Positions 1-8,096 of a DNA stretch of 64,000 nucleotides are shown here, piece by piece. Position numbers and translations under genes: made by a program. A model generated the notes under the pieces. The model did no database searches. It saw only the letters and a program-made list of their open reading frames with translations, and had not been told where the DNA came from. The stretch's first letter is position 1. Every line of letters starts with the position of its first letter. Source of the DNA: an uncultured bacterium (lineage in GTDB: Bacteria; Chlamydiota; Chlamydiia; Chlamydiales; Rhabdochlamydiaceae); contig CAZOKX010000003.1 of the NCBI GenBank assembly GCA_964580785.1, forward strand, positions 2,512 through 66,511, written 5' to 3'.

Positions 1-320
1 GGTCAAGCTAATTTAGGTCCCGGCCACTTTGATGGCCGGATTGCTGGCCCATGTGCTGGCCTTTTTTCATCGTTTTTATCACTGAATTACCAATAGAAAA
101 CATGCTGGCCACTTTGGTGTACTTTTCAAGCACCATTAGGGTGTCGACAGCTCGATTTTTTGCATATTAATTCATATCATATTGGCCTTAAAACGGTTGG
201 TTATCCACTCATACAGCTTGCTGGATCCATGGATTTCTGGCTGTCCAATCTGCCATACTCTCAGGCATCCAGCTCCCCAATCGACTGGATTATTGGATGT
301 CCACCCGTCCATTCTATATT

Positions 321-1563
321 TGTGAGCCAAGGGGGTCGATCTTGTTTACGCTTGTTTACAACGAAAAACGCCAAAACTGATAGAAAAATTACCGCAAAAC
401 CTTGACCAGCTCAAATAGATGTAACCAATTGTTTTAGAGATGGTTTACTTGAAGGCCCTTCAAAACTTTAGGTGCTCGGAAAATCTCACAATGAAATCTG
501 TCCTGCTTTTTGAAACTGTGAGTCAAAGGGGTCGATTTTGTTTACACCTGTTTACAAGACCCATCTTTTATGGAAAGAGGGAGAATCTCAACCCCTTTTG
601 TTTACAAACCCAAGAGCGTTTGATCAAGCAGTCTCTTATCTGAGAAAATCTATAAGTTGCTTAAATTCAACAAACTGTCTTTTTCTTTATTATCCTATCT
701 GTGAAGGATAAGGGTCGAAAAATGTGAATCAAATAGGTCGATTCTGTTTACAAAATAAAGTCTTTTAAGAGAGGAGGTGTGAAAGATGGGGGTCGATCTT
801 GTTTACGCTTGTTTACAAGATTCAATAGCTTTCGAGGACTTGCCTCTCTAGAGGGTTCGTTTCATCTGCTATTTTCGATTCTTAACAAGTCCAACTTTGA
901 GTCTATACCTGATAAATCTTCGATTGTGTGAATGATAAAGGTCGAAGATTGTGATCCAAAAAGGTCGGTCCTGTTTACAAAATAAGAGACCTCCGAGAGG
1001 GCACTGTGAAAGATAGGGGTCGATTTTGTTTACAGTTGTTTACAAAACTCAACTACCTTCTAAATCGAGCAAAGTTCCCATGAGGTTTTAAGGAGAAAAT
1101 TTATCTAATCTAAAGGAAAAAAATTGAGACTGTGAAAGATGAGGGTCGATCTTGTTTACATCTGTTTACAAGCTCCATTATTACAATTTCTTAGAGGAAA
1201 ATTCATTCAAAAAGGCGATTTCTCGCTGTGAAAGATGGGGGTCGGTTTTGTTTACACTTGTTTACAAAAGGTGTCTTGATGCAGCTCAATTCATCAGAAT
1301 GGTTTCTTTTTTGGCTCTCGTAGCGAAGCGAGAGAGAGCCTTTGTTTGCTGCGCAGCTGTAAACACTTTATATTCTGATTGAATATAGTTAGAGCTGTTT
1401 ACTTAAGCATAAGTCGCATAAATACAATGGCTTGCAAAACAGGCAGTGAACCAAAGGGGTCGGTGTGGTGATTGATCCAGGTCGGTATTGTGACTGAAGA
1501 GGGACGATTTTGTTTACAAGACTGTGAAAGATAGGGGTCGATCTTGTTTACACTTGTTTACAA
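321..1563 (+). repeat. Iteron array (putative replication origin): 7 near-identical 41-bp direct repeats plus 3 degenerate or composite copies
   Basis: Full copies TGTGAAAGATGGGGGTCGATCTTGTTTACNCTTGTTTACAA at 321-361, 517-557, 778-818, 1005-1045, 1131-1171, 1227-1267 and 1523-1563, all in one orientation. Degenerate copies at ~723-755, ~927-986 and ~1447-1520. Each unit carries CTTGTTTAC twice, 10 bp apart. Confidence 0.8.
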
Positions 1564-1628
1564 AGCGCATTATACATGAGAAGAGCAAGGCTTCTATAAT
1601 TTTTGACATATCAAAAACCGATGTTTTT

Positions 1629-3278
1629 TTACAAATTTTTATCGGCAAAAGCCCTTACCTTATCTGAGACTTCTTTGCTGATTTGCCTTTTCTCATTGAG
1701 GATATAGCTAACCATTTGCCCAGTAATACCCACATGATTGCCAAACTGTCTGACGTTTAAATTGGACTTTTTGTAGATTTCCTTAAACTCTTCATAGTCG
1801 ACTAGCTTACGCTCATCTTTTTTCTCTAGAGCTGGAATCTCTTTATTAGACTGGATGCGACCAACTTCTTGCCCAAACCAATCAGGTGGGGTAAGCGTGA
1901 GAGAACAGGCAAAAGGATTTTCGCATTCTGAGAGGAGAGATTTTCCTCCGGTATGAGACCACTCTCCTAAGTACCCATGCTCTTTCATATAGTTGAGTTC
2001 GGATTCAAGAGATCTGAGGTCTCTCATCTTGTATCGGCTCTCGGATCCTAAGTGACACCAATCCATCAGATTAGTAACGGATATTTTTCGATCTGCACTC
2101 ATCCGCCAGAAAATTGCTAACAAGGGAGTTAAATAGATCGTTAGAGGATGCACACGGTGGTTTTCTTGAGCGATTTTTTTAAGCAGCTTCGTGTATTTGG
2201 CCGATTGTCCATCCTTGGGCTCAAAGGCGTTTTTGTACCAAAAGTCTGTAGCCCTAAGCTTGATCTTTTCGTCGATGATGACCTTATCGAATATCTCCTG
2301 CTGAAAGCCTTCTATGCTAAAAAGTCGTTCGCCTCGAAGCACTTCGTGTTTCCCATCTTTTCTTCGAGCTGTGATAAAAAGGCTTTGGAAAATTCTGAGA
2401 ATCTCACTAGCTGTCTTTTTTAGCTCATGATCATAAGAACCGTTCGCCTTTTTCTTATGGCCCAATCTAGATAGATGGTCGTTAACGCTCCAAATGAAAT
2501 GTCCTTTTCGGAAGTTTTCTTCCATACCGATTAACAAACCTAAAAGATGTCTTAGTCCCTCGGCACCGAAGGTGCGTTTGATATAGAGAGCCAGGCTAAC
2601 TTCTCTGAAGTGAATGTCATTTTTAAAAAGAGCGATATCGATCTGGGCAGATGCTTCTACCTTTGGGTTATCGCTGATTACAGCAATATGTTTTGTGTCG
2701 GTTTCCTCTCGCCCGCTCTCGTAGCTACTGGTTTTTTCTACTCTTATGATAGAGGAGAAAAATTCTTCAGCTTCTTTGTGTTCTTTTTCTGTCCATTCAG
2801 ACTGAGGCTTAGTTAATAGACGCCTTGGGATCATGTCAGGCTTTCCAGCAAACATAGCGAGTAGGGTGAACATCAAGGGATGGGATGGAAGGGCAAAAGT
2901 ATCTCTGTTGGAAGATTGCTCGACTATTTTTTCAATAGCTGCTTCAATTTGAGATTTTTGGGCAATAGGGCCCATCTCACTCAATATGTTTTTTAAAGAA
3001 GCAAGCTGATGAGGGGAGAAATTTTGTATGGTTGATGCGGTGGGTTCCCAGTCGCTACTTTCCGAACGATTGGCTTCTCCGAAAGAAATGCCAAGCAGCT
3101 GCAGGTCTTCGACTGTTTTAATGTTGATGGATTTTCCCGTTCTGTTGTCCACAACGTGTAGCTTTTTATTTACCACGGAAAGCTGATAATCTGGCTCTGA
3201 GGGTACCTCAGCAGGTAATAGTTTGGCTTCTTCCTTTACAACTTTCTTTTTTTCTTTTTTTGCTTTTGTTTTGCCCAT
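1629..3278 (-). CDS. Putative replication initiator / iteron-binding protein with C-terminal XRE-type HTH (function inferred from position)
   Basis: 549-aa ORF whose 3' end lies 66 bp from the last iteron, 4 bp downstream of the primase-helicase gene. Lys-rich N-terminus. C-terminal HTH-like NVRQFGNHVGITGQMVSYILNEKRQIS. No family recognised with certainty. Confidence 0.45.
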   Translation of the reverse strand: MGKTKAKKEKKKVVKEEAKLLPAEVPSEPDYQLSVVNKKLHVVDNRTGKSINIKTVEDLQLLGISFGEANRSESSDWEPTASTIQNFSPHQLASLKNILSEMGPIAQKSQIEAAIEKIVEQSSNRDTFALPSHPLMFTLLAMFAGKPDMIPRRLLTKPQSEWTEKEHKEAEEFFSSIIRVEKTSSYESGREETDTKHIAVISDNPKVEASAQIDIALFKNDIHFREVSLALYIKRTFGAEGLRHLLGLLIGMEENFRKGHFIWSVNDHLSRLGHKKKANGSYDHELKKTASEILRIFQSLFITARRKDGKHEVLRGERLFSIEGFQQEIFDKVIIDEKIKLRATDFWYKNAFEPKDGQSAKYTKLLKKIAQENHRVHPLTIYLTPLLAIFWRMSADRKISVTNLMDWCHLGSESRYKMRDLRSLESELNYMKEHGYLGEWSHTGGKSLLSECENPFACSLTLTPPDWFGQEVGRIQSNKEIPALEKKDERKLVDYEEFKEIYKKSNLNVRQFGNHVGITGQMVSYILNEKRQISKEVSDKVRAFADKNL

Positions 3279-3282
3279 GAAA

Positions 3283-5628
3283 TCAGCTCTTCTCTTTTAG
3301 TGTAGACAAAGGTCTATCAAATACCAGGGAGATGGTATGGTTGGAGCGACCATTGCGATTTTTGATAACGGCTAAGTCAATATCAACGAAGCGATTCATA
3401 GAGGATTCGCCCTTAGTCTCTGTGCTCTCCTTTTCCCCATTCCAAATACCCAAAATGACCTTTGCATCGTTCTCGATATCGCCAGCCTCACGTATGTTAT
3501 CCATACGCAATACCTCTGATTTAGTGGTTCCTCTCCCGAGTTGGGCTCCTAAAACAATAGGGACGGAATTGGACTTTGCTGTTTCCAGAATGGTTTCCGA
3601 AATTTTTTGAAGCTCTAATTGTCTACTGGAGGATTTGCCACGGAACTTGATTTTTTGCATGTAATCAATAAAAACAGCTCCTAGCTTCCCTCTTTCTTTA
3701 AGTCGTGCGATTTCCTTACTCAAATCATCTACGAAAAGAGGGTGATCACAAACGATCAACCGATGGCTCTCTGTCAATGTTTGGAGAAGATCGATAGCTT
3801 CATTAACTTTAGGGACTTTAGTGAGACCACCTCTTACGTAGCCCTCTAAATTGGCAAGGTTGGTAACCTCATTGAGACATTCTCCGCTAAGGATATTCAA
3901 AATCTTCAGAAGAATCTGGTTTTTCGGCTCCTCATAGGAGAAAAAATAAAACTCTCTGTCAGGATACAGCTTAACCATGTTTACAAGAAAATTGAGCAGG
4001 GTCGTTGTTTTCCCATGAGAAGGTCTACCTGCGATGATCGTAATAGCCCCTTGAGGAATTTGAACAGTTTTATCGAGAGATTTGTACCCAGTTTTCAAGC
4101 CTTCTGGGATATTTGATAGATCTGCCTTTAAATTTTCTACAGTATAGGGTTTAACGCGGAATTCCTCAGCTTTATCTTCTTTTCTCAATTTAGAAAGAAG
4201 CTGAGTGGCTTGATTGAGATCCCCCTGGGCAATTAACTTTTGAGCTTCATCAAGCGACTGCTTATATTTTTCAGCTTCATCTTGAGATTTTTGCTCTTTT
4301 AACGCTTTAGCTAGGACATTATCGATTTCAGCAGAGGGCAGATCGAAAATGTTTCCTATTTCCTGTCGGAAAATGCCTTTGCTGAAATCATCTTCAATTT
4401 GGGCATATGCCTTAGAAGCCCTTCCTAAGGCCGAGAATCGACCAATGTCGGTTGAAAGGTCATACTTGTAGGCAAAGTAAGAAGGAAGCCATCTAACGCG
4501 GGCCTGAGCCTTTTCTTCCACCAGCTTTTTGAAAGCTTCAGCTCCTTTTGCTTTCACATATTCATCTGGATCTTTGAATGGAGCTAGGTGATGTGGAGGT
4601 AAGATAAATGCCTTAATGTCATTTCTTTCCAGCAATTCGGCAGCTTTTTTTGCCTTTTCAATAGATCCTATTTCGCCTTTGTTATCCTTTGGGTCGTTGT
4701 CAAAGACGATTACCACGCTCTCGATCTCATAAATTTTCAAGCTTTCAATATGCTTGGTGGAAAGCTCCCCCTGACCTGTAGCGGCAATGTTTTTTATACC
4801 CAAGCTTGGTAGATAGGCGGCATCAGGAAGGCCCTCTACTAAGATTAGCTGCTTTTCGCGCCTACATCGGTAAACATTGAAAGGATCGTCTTTTTTAAGG
4901 CCCGAAGTATAACTCCAACGATGAGTTTTACCTTCAGCATCCTCAATCCCCTCTTTGATGGTGGCTCTTTTGGCAAATCCAAGAATTTTTCCGTATCTAT
5001 CTCTATAGGGAAGAGCAACTCTGAAAAGATCTCCACCGTTTCCGTTGAGTTTGATAGAGGTTGCTTCCAGGTGCTTTTCCTTTGGAAGTTTGGATTTTAA
5101 ATGCTTCCTTATTTCAGCATCCTCTGGCCAATATATCCATTCCGTAGCTTGAAGATTGGTTGTATCATATCCTCTAACATTGACTAGGTATTCAAGAGCT
5201 TCCTTTCCTTTTGAGGAAAACAGCAGCTCTTTTCCATATTGAAAGATCATCTCATAGAGGTGAGAAGCAGCATATACAGGTTTGGGTTCTTGGGTTAAGA
5301 AATTGCCTCTTTGTAACTCTTCGAGTAGATCGGTTCGAAATGTTTCGGCGAGATACTTGCAGGATTCGACGAAATTCAGCCCTTTTTCCCTTTGAACAAG
5401 CTCAATGGCGTCAAAAGACTCATTACAGCTAAAACAATGCAAATGACCCCATCCAGGCCCTAATTTACAGCATTGACCGCTTTTTGACTCGTGACCGGCG
5501 ATACATTTTCCTACTAGATAGCCTCCAACCGACTTAAATCCTAGCTTATGGCGTAAGTCAAGATGATCAATGACATCTTCTATCCGTATGGACGCTTTTA
5601 ATTTTTCCTTAGCCAAGTTGCCAATCAT
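3283..5628 (-). CDS. Primase (CHC2 zinc finger + TOPRIM) fused to DnaB-type replicative helicase
   Basis: 781 aa. Zinc-finger-like CIAGHESKSGQCC...HCFSCNESFD. TOPRIM-like LILVEGLPDA ... VVIVFDNDPKD. C-terminal Walker A IIAGRPSHGKTT, Walker B VFIDYMQKI, and NRNG near the end. Confidence 0.85.
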   Translation of the reverse strand: MIGNLAKEKLKASIRIEDVIDHLDLRHKLGFKSVGGYLVGKCIAGHESKSGQCCKLGPGWGHLHCFSCNESFDAIELVQREKGLNFVESCKYLAETFRTDLLEELQRGNFLTQEPKPVYAASHLYEMIFQYGKELLFSSKGKEALEYLVNVRGYDTTNLQATEWIYWPEDAEIRKHLKSKLPKEKHLEATSIKLNGNGGDLFRVALPYRDRYGKILGFAKRATIKEGIEDAEGKTHRWSYTSGLKKDDPFNVYRCRREKQLILVEGLPDAAYLPSLGIKNIAATGQGELSTKHIESLKIYEIESVVIVFDNDPKDNKGEIGSIEKAKKAAELLERNDIKAFILPPHHLAPFKDPDEYVKAKGAEAFKKLVEEKAQARVRWLPSYFAYKYDLSTDIGRFSALGRASKAYAQIEDDFSKGIFRQEIGNIFDLPSAEIDNVLAKALKEQKSQDEAEKYKQSLDEAQKLIAQGDLNQATQLLSKLRKEDKAEEFRVKPYTVENLKADLSNIPEGLKTGYKSLDKTVQIPQGAITIIAGRPSHGKTTTLLNFLVNMVKLYPDREFYFFSYEEPKNQILLKILNILSGECLNEVTNLANLEGYVRGGLTKVPKVNEAIDLLQTLTESHRLIVCDHPLFVDDLSKEIARLKERGKLGAVFIDYMQKIKFRGKSSSRQLELQKISETILETAKSNSVPIVLGAQLGRGTTKSEVLRMDNIREAGDIENDAKVILGIWNGEKESTETKGESSMNRFVDIDLAVIKNRNGRSNHTISLVFDRPLSTLKEKS

Positions 5629-5685
5629 ATCAAATCCCCTTGAAGACGCGTATTTGGTTTTCTCTCACAGTCAAGCCTTATAGCG

Positions 5686-6237
5686 CTATCTAATTTGCTC
5701 TTCTTCCATATTGATAAGCAATTGAATGGCTTCGCAAATCATTTCTGATTTTTCTGTAGCTCTCCCCTGCAATATTCGATTCGCATAAAGATCATGAAAT
5801 GCCTTATGAATGTCCTCCCTTATATTGAAAGTCATCTTGCAGGTAGGAATTTTCTGATTTTTCGACTGTTTAGTCGAGAATATCGTTGGTTGTCTGGTTT
5901 GTGGGGCCTCTGGTTTAACATCTAGCTGGACTTCCATCTTTCCAGCAGGGTGGATTGTCGTCTGCCCAGATAGTTGGTGATTTGGGAAAATGGTTTGTTG
6001 GGGAGTCGGTTGACCGGATGGCTGGACCTCCGGGTGAATGGCCGTCTGGGTGACAGGACTTATGGGTTTCTGGATGTCCAGATGGCTGGCCTGTTTATTT
6101 TCTGGTTTACCATCTTTCTGGCTGTCTGGTTTGCCAACCATTTGATCTCCAATCATTTCGGAGAGACCGATTTTGCGCTTCTCATTGACTTCGAGTTGCT
6201 TTTTAGATTTTTCTTTGAGTTCGTTAATTCCTGACAT
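5686..6237 (-). CDS. Putative ribbon-helix-helix centromere-binding partner of ParA (ParG-like), with long Pro/Gln-rich linker
   Basis: 183 aa, overlaps the parA stop by 14 nt. C-terminal RHH-like KMTFNIREDIHKAFHDLYANRILQGRATEKSEMICEAIQLL. Low-complexity middle region. Confidence 0.5.
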   Translation of the reverse strand: MSGINELKEKSKKQLEVNEKRKIGLSEMIGDQMVGKPDSQKDGKPENKQASHLDIQKPISPVTQTAIHPEVQPSGQPTPQQTIFPNHQLSGQTTIHPAGKMEVQLDVKPEAPQTRQPTIFSTKQSKNQKIPTCKMTFNIREDIHKAFHDLYANRILQGRATEKSEMICEAIQLLINMEEEQIR

Positions 6238-7003
6238 TAGTTAGTCTCCCCATAACTTCTTTGACTAAATTTCCATATGCTTCTGCTCCCGAACACTTGG
6301 GATCATGGTCGAATACTGATTTGCTAGTTTCTTGGGCTTCGCTCAGTTTGACGTTTTCTGGGATCCTAGTTTCAAAAACTTTGTCGCCAAATAGCTCATT
6401 AATCGTTCCAAGTACTCGTTTTGATAAATTGCTCCGTGTCTTGAAAAAGGTGAAGAGGACCCCCATGATCTGAGCGTGATGATCTACCAAGCTTCCTGCT
6501 CTTTCGTTAGTACAATTGACAGACTCTAAAAAGGATTGGATGCCAGCTAAGCTGAAATAGTCTAATTGAACTGGTAAGATGATGTGCTCAGCTGTTAAAA
6601 AAGCGTTGGCTAGAAGCGTATTGAATGTAGGGGAGGTGTCAATGATGAGAAAATCATAGTCTGCATTCTTGAGTTTTTTTCTTAGAACAAACTCTTTAGC
6701 TGTAGTTTGTGCTAACTTAAATTCGGCCGCAGAAAGAGAATTGTCGGAGGGAATTATATGCAGATTTTCAATGTATGACTCTTGAACCACGTCTTTTATA
6801 TGGCAGTTGTCTTGGCATAAGAGCTCTGCGATTGTTTGTCGGTTTTCTGTTTTAATGCCGAGACCCAAGCTCGAATGGCCTTGGGGATCTAAATCGACCA
6901 AGAGCACTCGTTTGCCTGCACGAGCAAGCCCTGCGCTCAAGTTGATGGCAGTAGTGGATTTTCCTACGCCTCCTTTTTGATTCGAAATAGCTATCTTGTG
7001 CAT
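6224..7003 (-). CDS. parA: ParA/Soj-family partition ATPase
   Basis: 259 aa. Deviant Walker A NQKGGVGKSTT, then VLLVDLDPQGH and FLIIDTSP. Confidence 0.9.
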   Translation of the reverse strand: MHKIAISNQKGGVGKSTTAINLSAGLARAGKRVLLVDLDPQGHSSLGLGIKTENRQTIAELLCQDNCHIKDVVQESYIENLHIIPSDNSLSAAEFKLAQTTAKEFVLRKKLKNADYDFLIIDTSPTFNTLLANAFLTAEHIILPVQLDYFSLAGIQSFLESVNCTNERAGSLVDHHAQIMGVLFTFFKTRSNLSKRVLGTINELFGDKVFETRIPENVKLSEAQETSKSVFDHDPKCSGAEAYGNLVKEVMGRLTNVRN

Positions 7004-7038
7004 TCAGTTGAGTCCTTGCATTCCGTTGGTCTGATTAT

Positions 7039-7101
7039 ATTCCCCAACTTTAAGTTAGGCGAATATTTATGTAAATAGGGAATTGGGGATTTACGGGAAT
7101 T
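7039..7101. promoter_or_regulatory. Candidate operator/centromere-like motifs in the divergent parA / RHH intergenic region
   Basis: GGGAATT at 7078-7084 and 7095-7101, GGGGAT at 7085-7090, and the inverted ATTCCCC at 7039-7045, between the parA start (7003) and the RHH gene start (7157). Confidence 0.3.
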
Positions 7102-7156
7102 ATGGGTGTTGTTAAGATGAAAACACTTTAGCAAAACTGATAGACGAGGATAGGTA

Positions 7157-7354
7157 ATGGCGAAAAAAACCGTTAAAGAAAATTCGGAAAAATCGAAAAG
7201 AGCGCGCATTTCATTAGAATGTTCTCAAGAAATCAGAAAATTCATACGGGTTAGCGCTGCGAAAAAAGACACAAGCATGAATGACTATGTTGTATCGCTT
7301 GTATTGGAGAAAATGCAACAAGATAAAGAAATCGCTCATTCACCAAAATCATGA
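7157..7354 (+). CDS. Small ribbon-helix-helix (CopG/Arc/ParG-like) DNA-binding protein
   Basis: 65 aa, divergent from parA. RISLECSQEIRKFIRVSAAKKDTSMNDYVVSLVLEKM fits a beta-strand plus two helices (RHH pattern). Confidence 0.5.
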   Translation: MAKKTVKENSEKSKRARISLECSQEIRKFIRVSAAKKDTSMNDYVVSLVLEKMQQDKEIAHSPKS

Positions 7355-7669
7355 AGATTTCGGATACATGTCTTTAATCTTTTTAATCAGTTCTACCCAT
7401 ACTTGTCCATCAGGACCGATATCAATCCCTTTCGATGCTAGATAGGCAAGCGATTTATACACTAAATCTAGTTGATCTCCGAGAGGTGGGTAAAGAGCAC
7501 GCCTAAAATCAGCATAGTAAGCCCAATGATAAAGGCGTCCATCAGGTCCTAAAATCGCATCACATGTAGTTTCTGTGACATTCTCTGGAATGGGCTGGTC
7601 TTTTGGCCAGTTTCCACACCAGATGGGCATCCCGTGCCTGTAATAGCATTTGACGTTTCTATAAAACAT
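7349..7669 (-). CDS. Hypothetical protein at the distal end of the fibre cluster (possible fibre accessory/assembly factor)
   Basis: 106-aa ORF, last gene of the minus-strand virion block. Contains PPLGDQLDLVYKSL. No confident family. Confidence 0.4.
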   Translation of the reverse strand: MFYRNVKCYYRHGMPIWCGNWPKDQPIPENVTETTCDAILGPDGRLYHWAYYADFRRALYPPLGDQLDLVYKSLAYLASKGIDIGPDGQVWVELIKKIKDMYPKSS

Positions 7670-7682
7670 AAAAAGAAGGCAC

Positions 7683-8066
7683 CTAAACGTTGGCTATTAA
7701 AAATCTTGTTCCATAAGGAGTTAGTCGGCAATTATAGACAAATCCTCCTGAAGTGGTTGAGTTCACAATAATCATTCCAGATGAATCCAGGGTAATAGAG
7801 TTGAAGGTATAAGCTCCCGCAGTATTGTTAAAATTGCGAATAGTGGCAAGTTGATTCGCAAAGCCAGGACCCCCAAATCCTTCATGGGAGACGGTATACA
7901 TAAACCGTATATCTAAGTTAGGACCACCAAGTTGGATAAACATGAGAAATGCTTGAGTATTGTTTGCTGTTACCCCTGGTAGTTGTGAAATGTTTGTATT
8001 CCCATTTAATAAATTCCCAGAAAAGGATTGAGAATTGTTATTTACTGTATTCTGTGATAATCCCAT
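7683..8066 (-). CDS. Hypothetical fibre-cluster protein (Asn/Thr/Gly-rich)
   Basis: 127-aa ORF packed 30 bp downstream of the 976-aa fibre gene. Composition resembles the neighbouring fibre proteins. Confidence 0.45.
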   Translation of the reverse strand: MGLSQNTVNNNSQSFSGNLLNGNTNISQLPGVTANNTQAFLMFIQLGGPNLDIRFMYTVSHEGFGGPGFANQLATIRNFNNTAGAYTFNSITLDSSGMIIVNSTTSGGFVYNCRLTPYGTRFLIANV

Positions 8067-8096
8067 CTAAATTGTTATCCTAAAAAATTGTACTCT

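Noticed and set aside
201-209. DnaA-box-like 9-mers (TTATCCACT at 201-209; perfect TGTGGATAA at 52417-52425)
   Set aside because: These are single, isolated 9-mers in a 64-kb window scanned on both strands, which is about what chance predicts. There is no cluster, so they do not support a DnaA-dependent origin on their own.
160-1382. Track ORFs 160-405, 440-643 and 1152-1382 (+)
   Set aside because: Their translations simply read through the iterons (…GGRSCLRLFT…, …RGRFCLHLFT…, …VLFTLVYK…). They have no ribosome-binding sites or recognisable domains and are most likely non-coding origin DNA.
321-1563. Could the regularly recurring 41-bp repeats be a CRISPR array?
   Set aside because: Spacers vary from about 55 to 255 bp. 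Several copies are degenerate or composite, the units contain internal direct half-sites rather than a palindromic stem, and no cas genes are present. The context (Rep, helicase, ParA) fits iterons.
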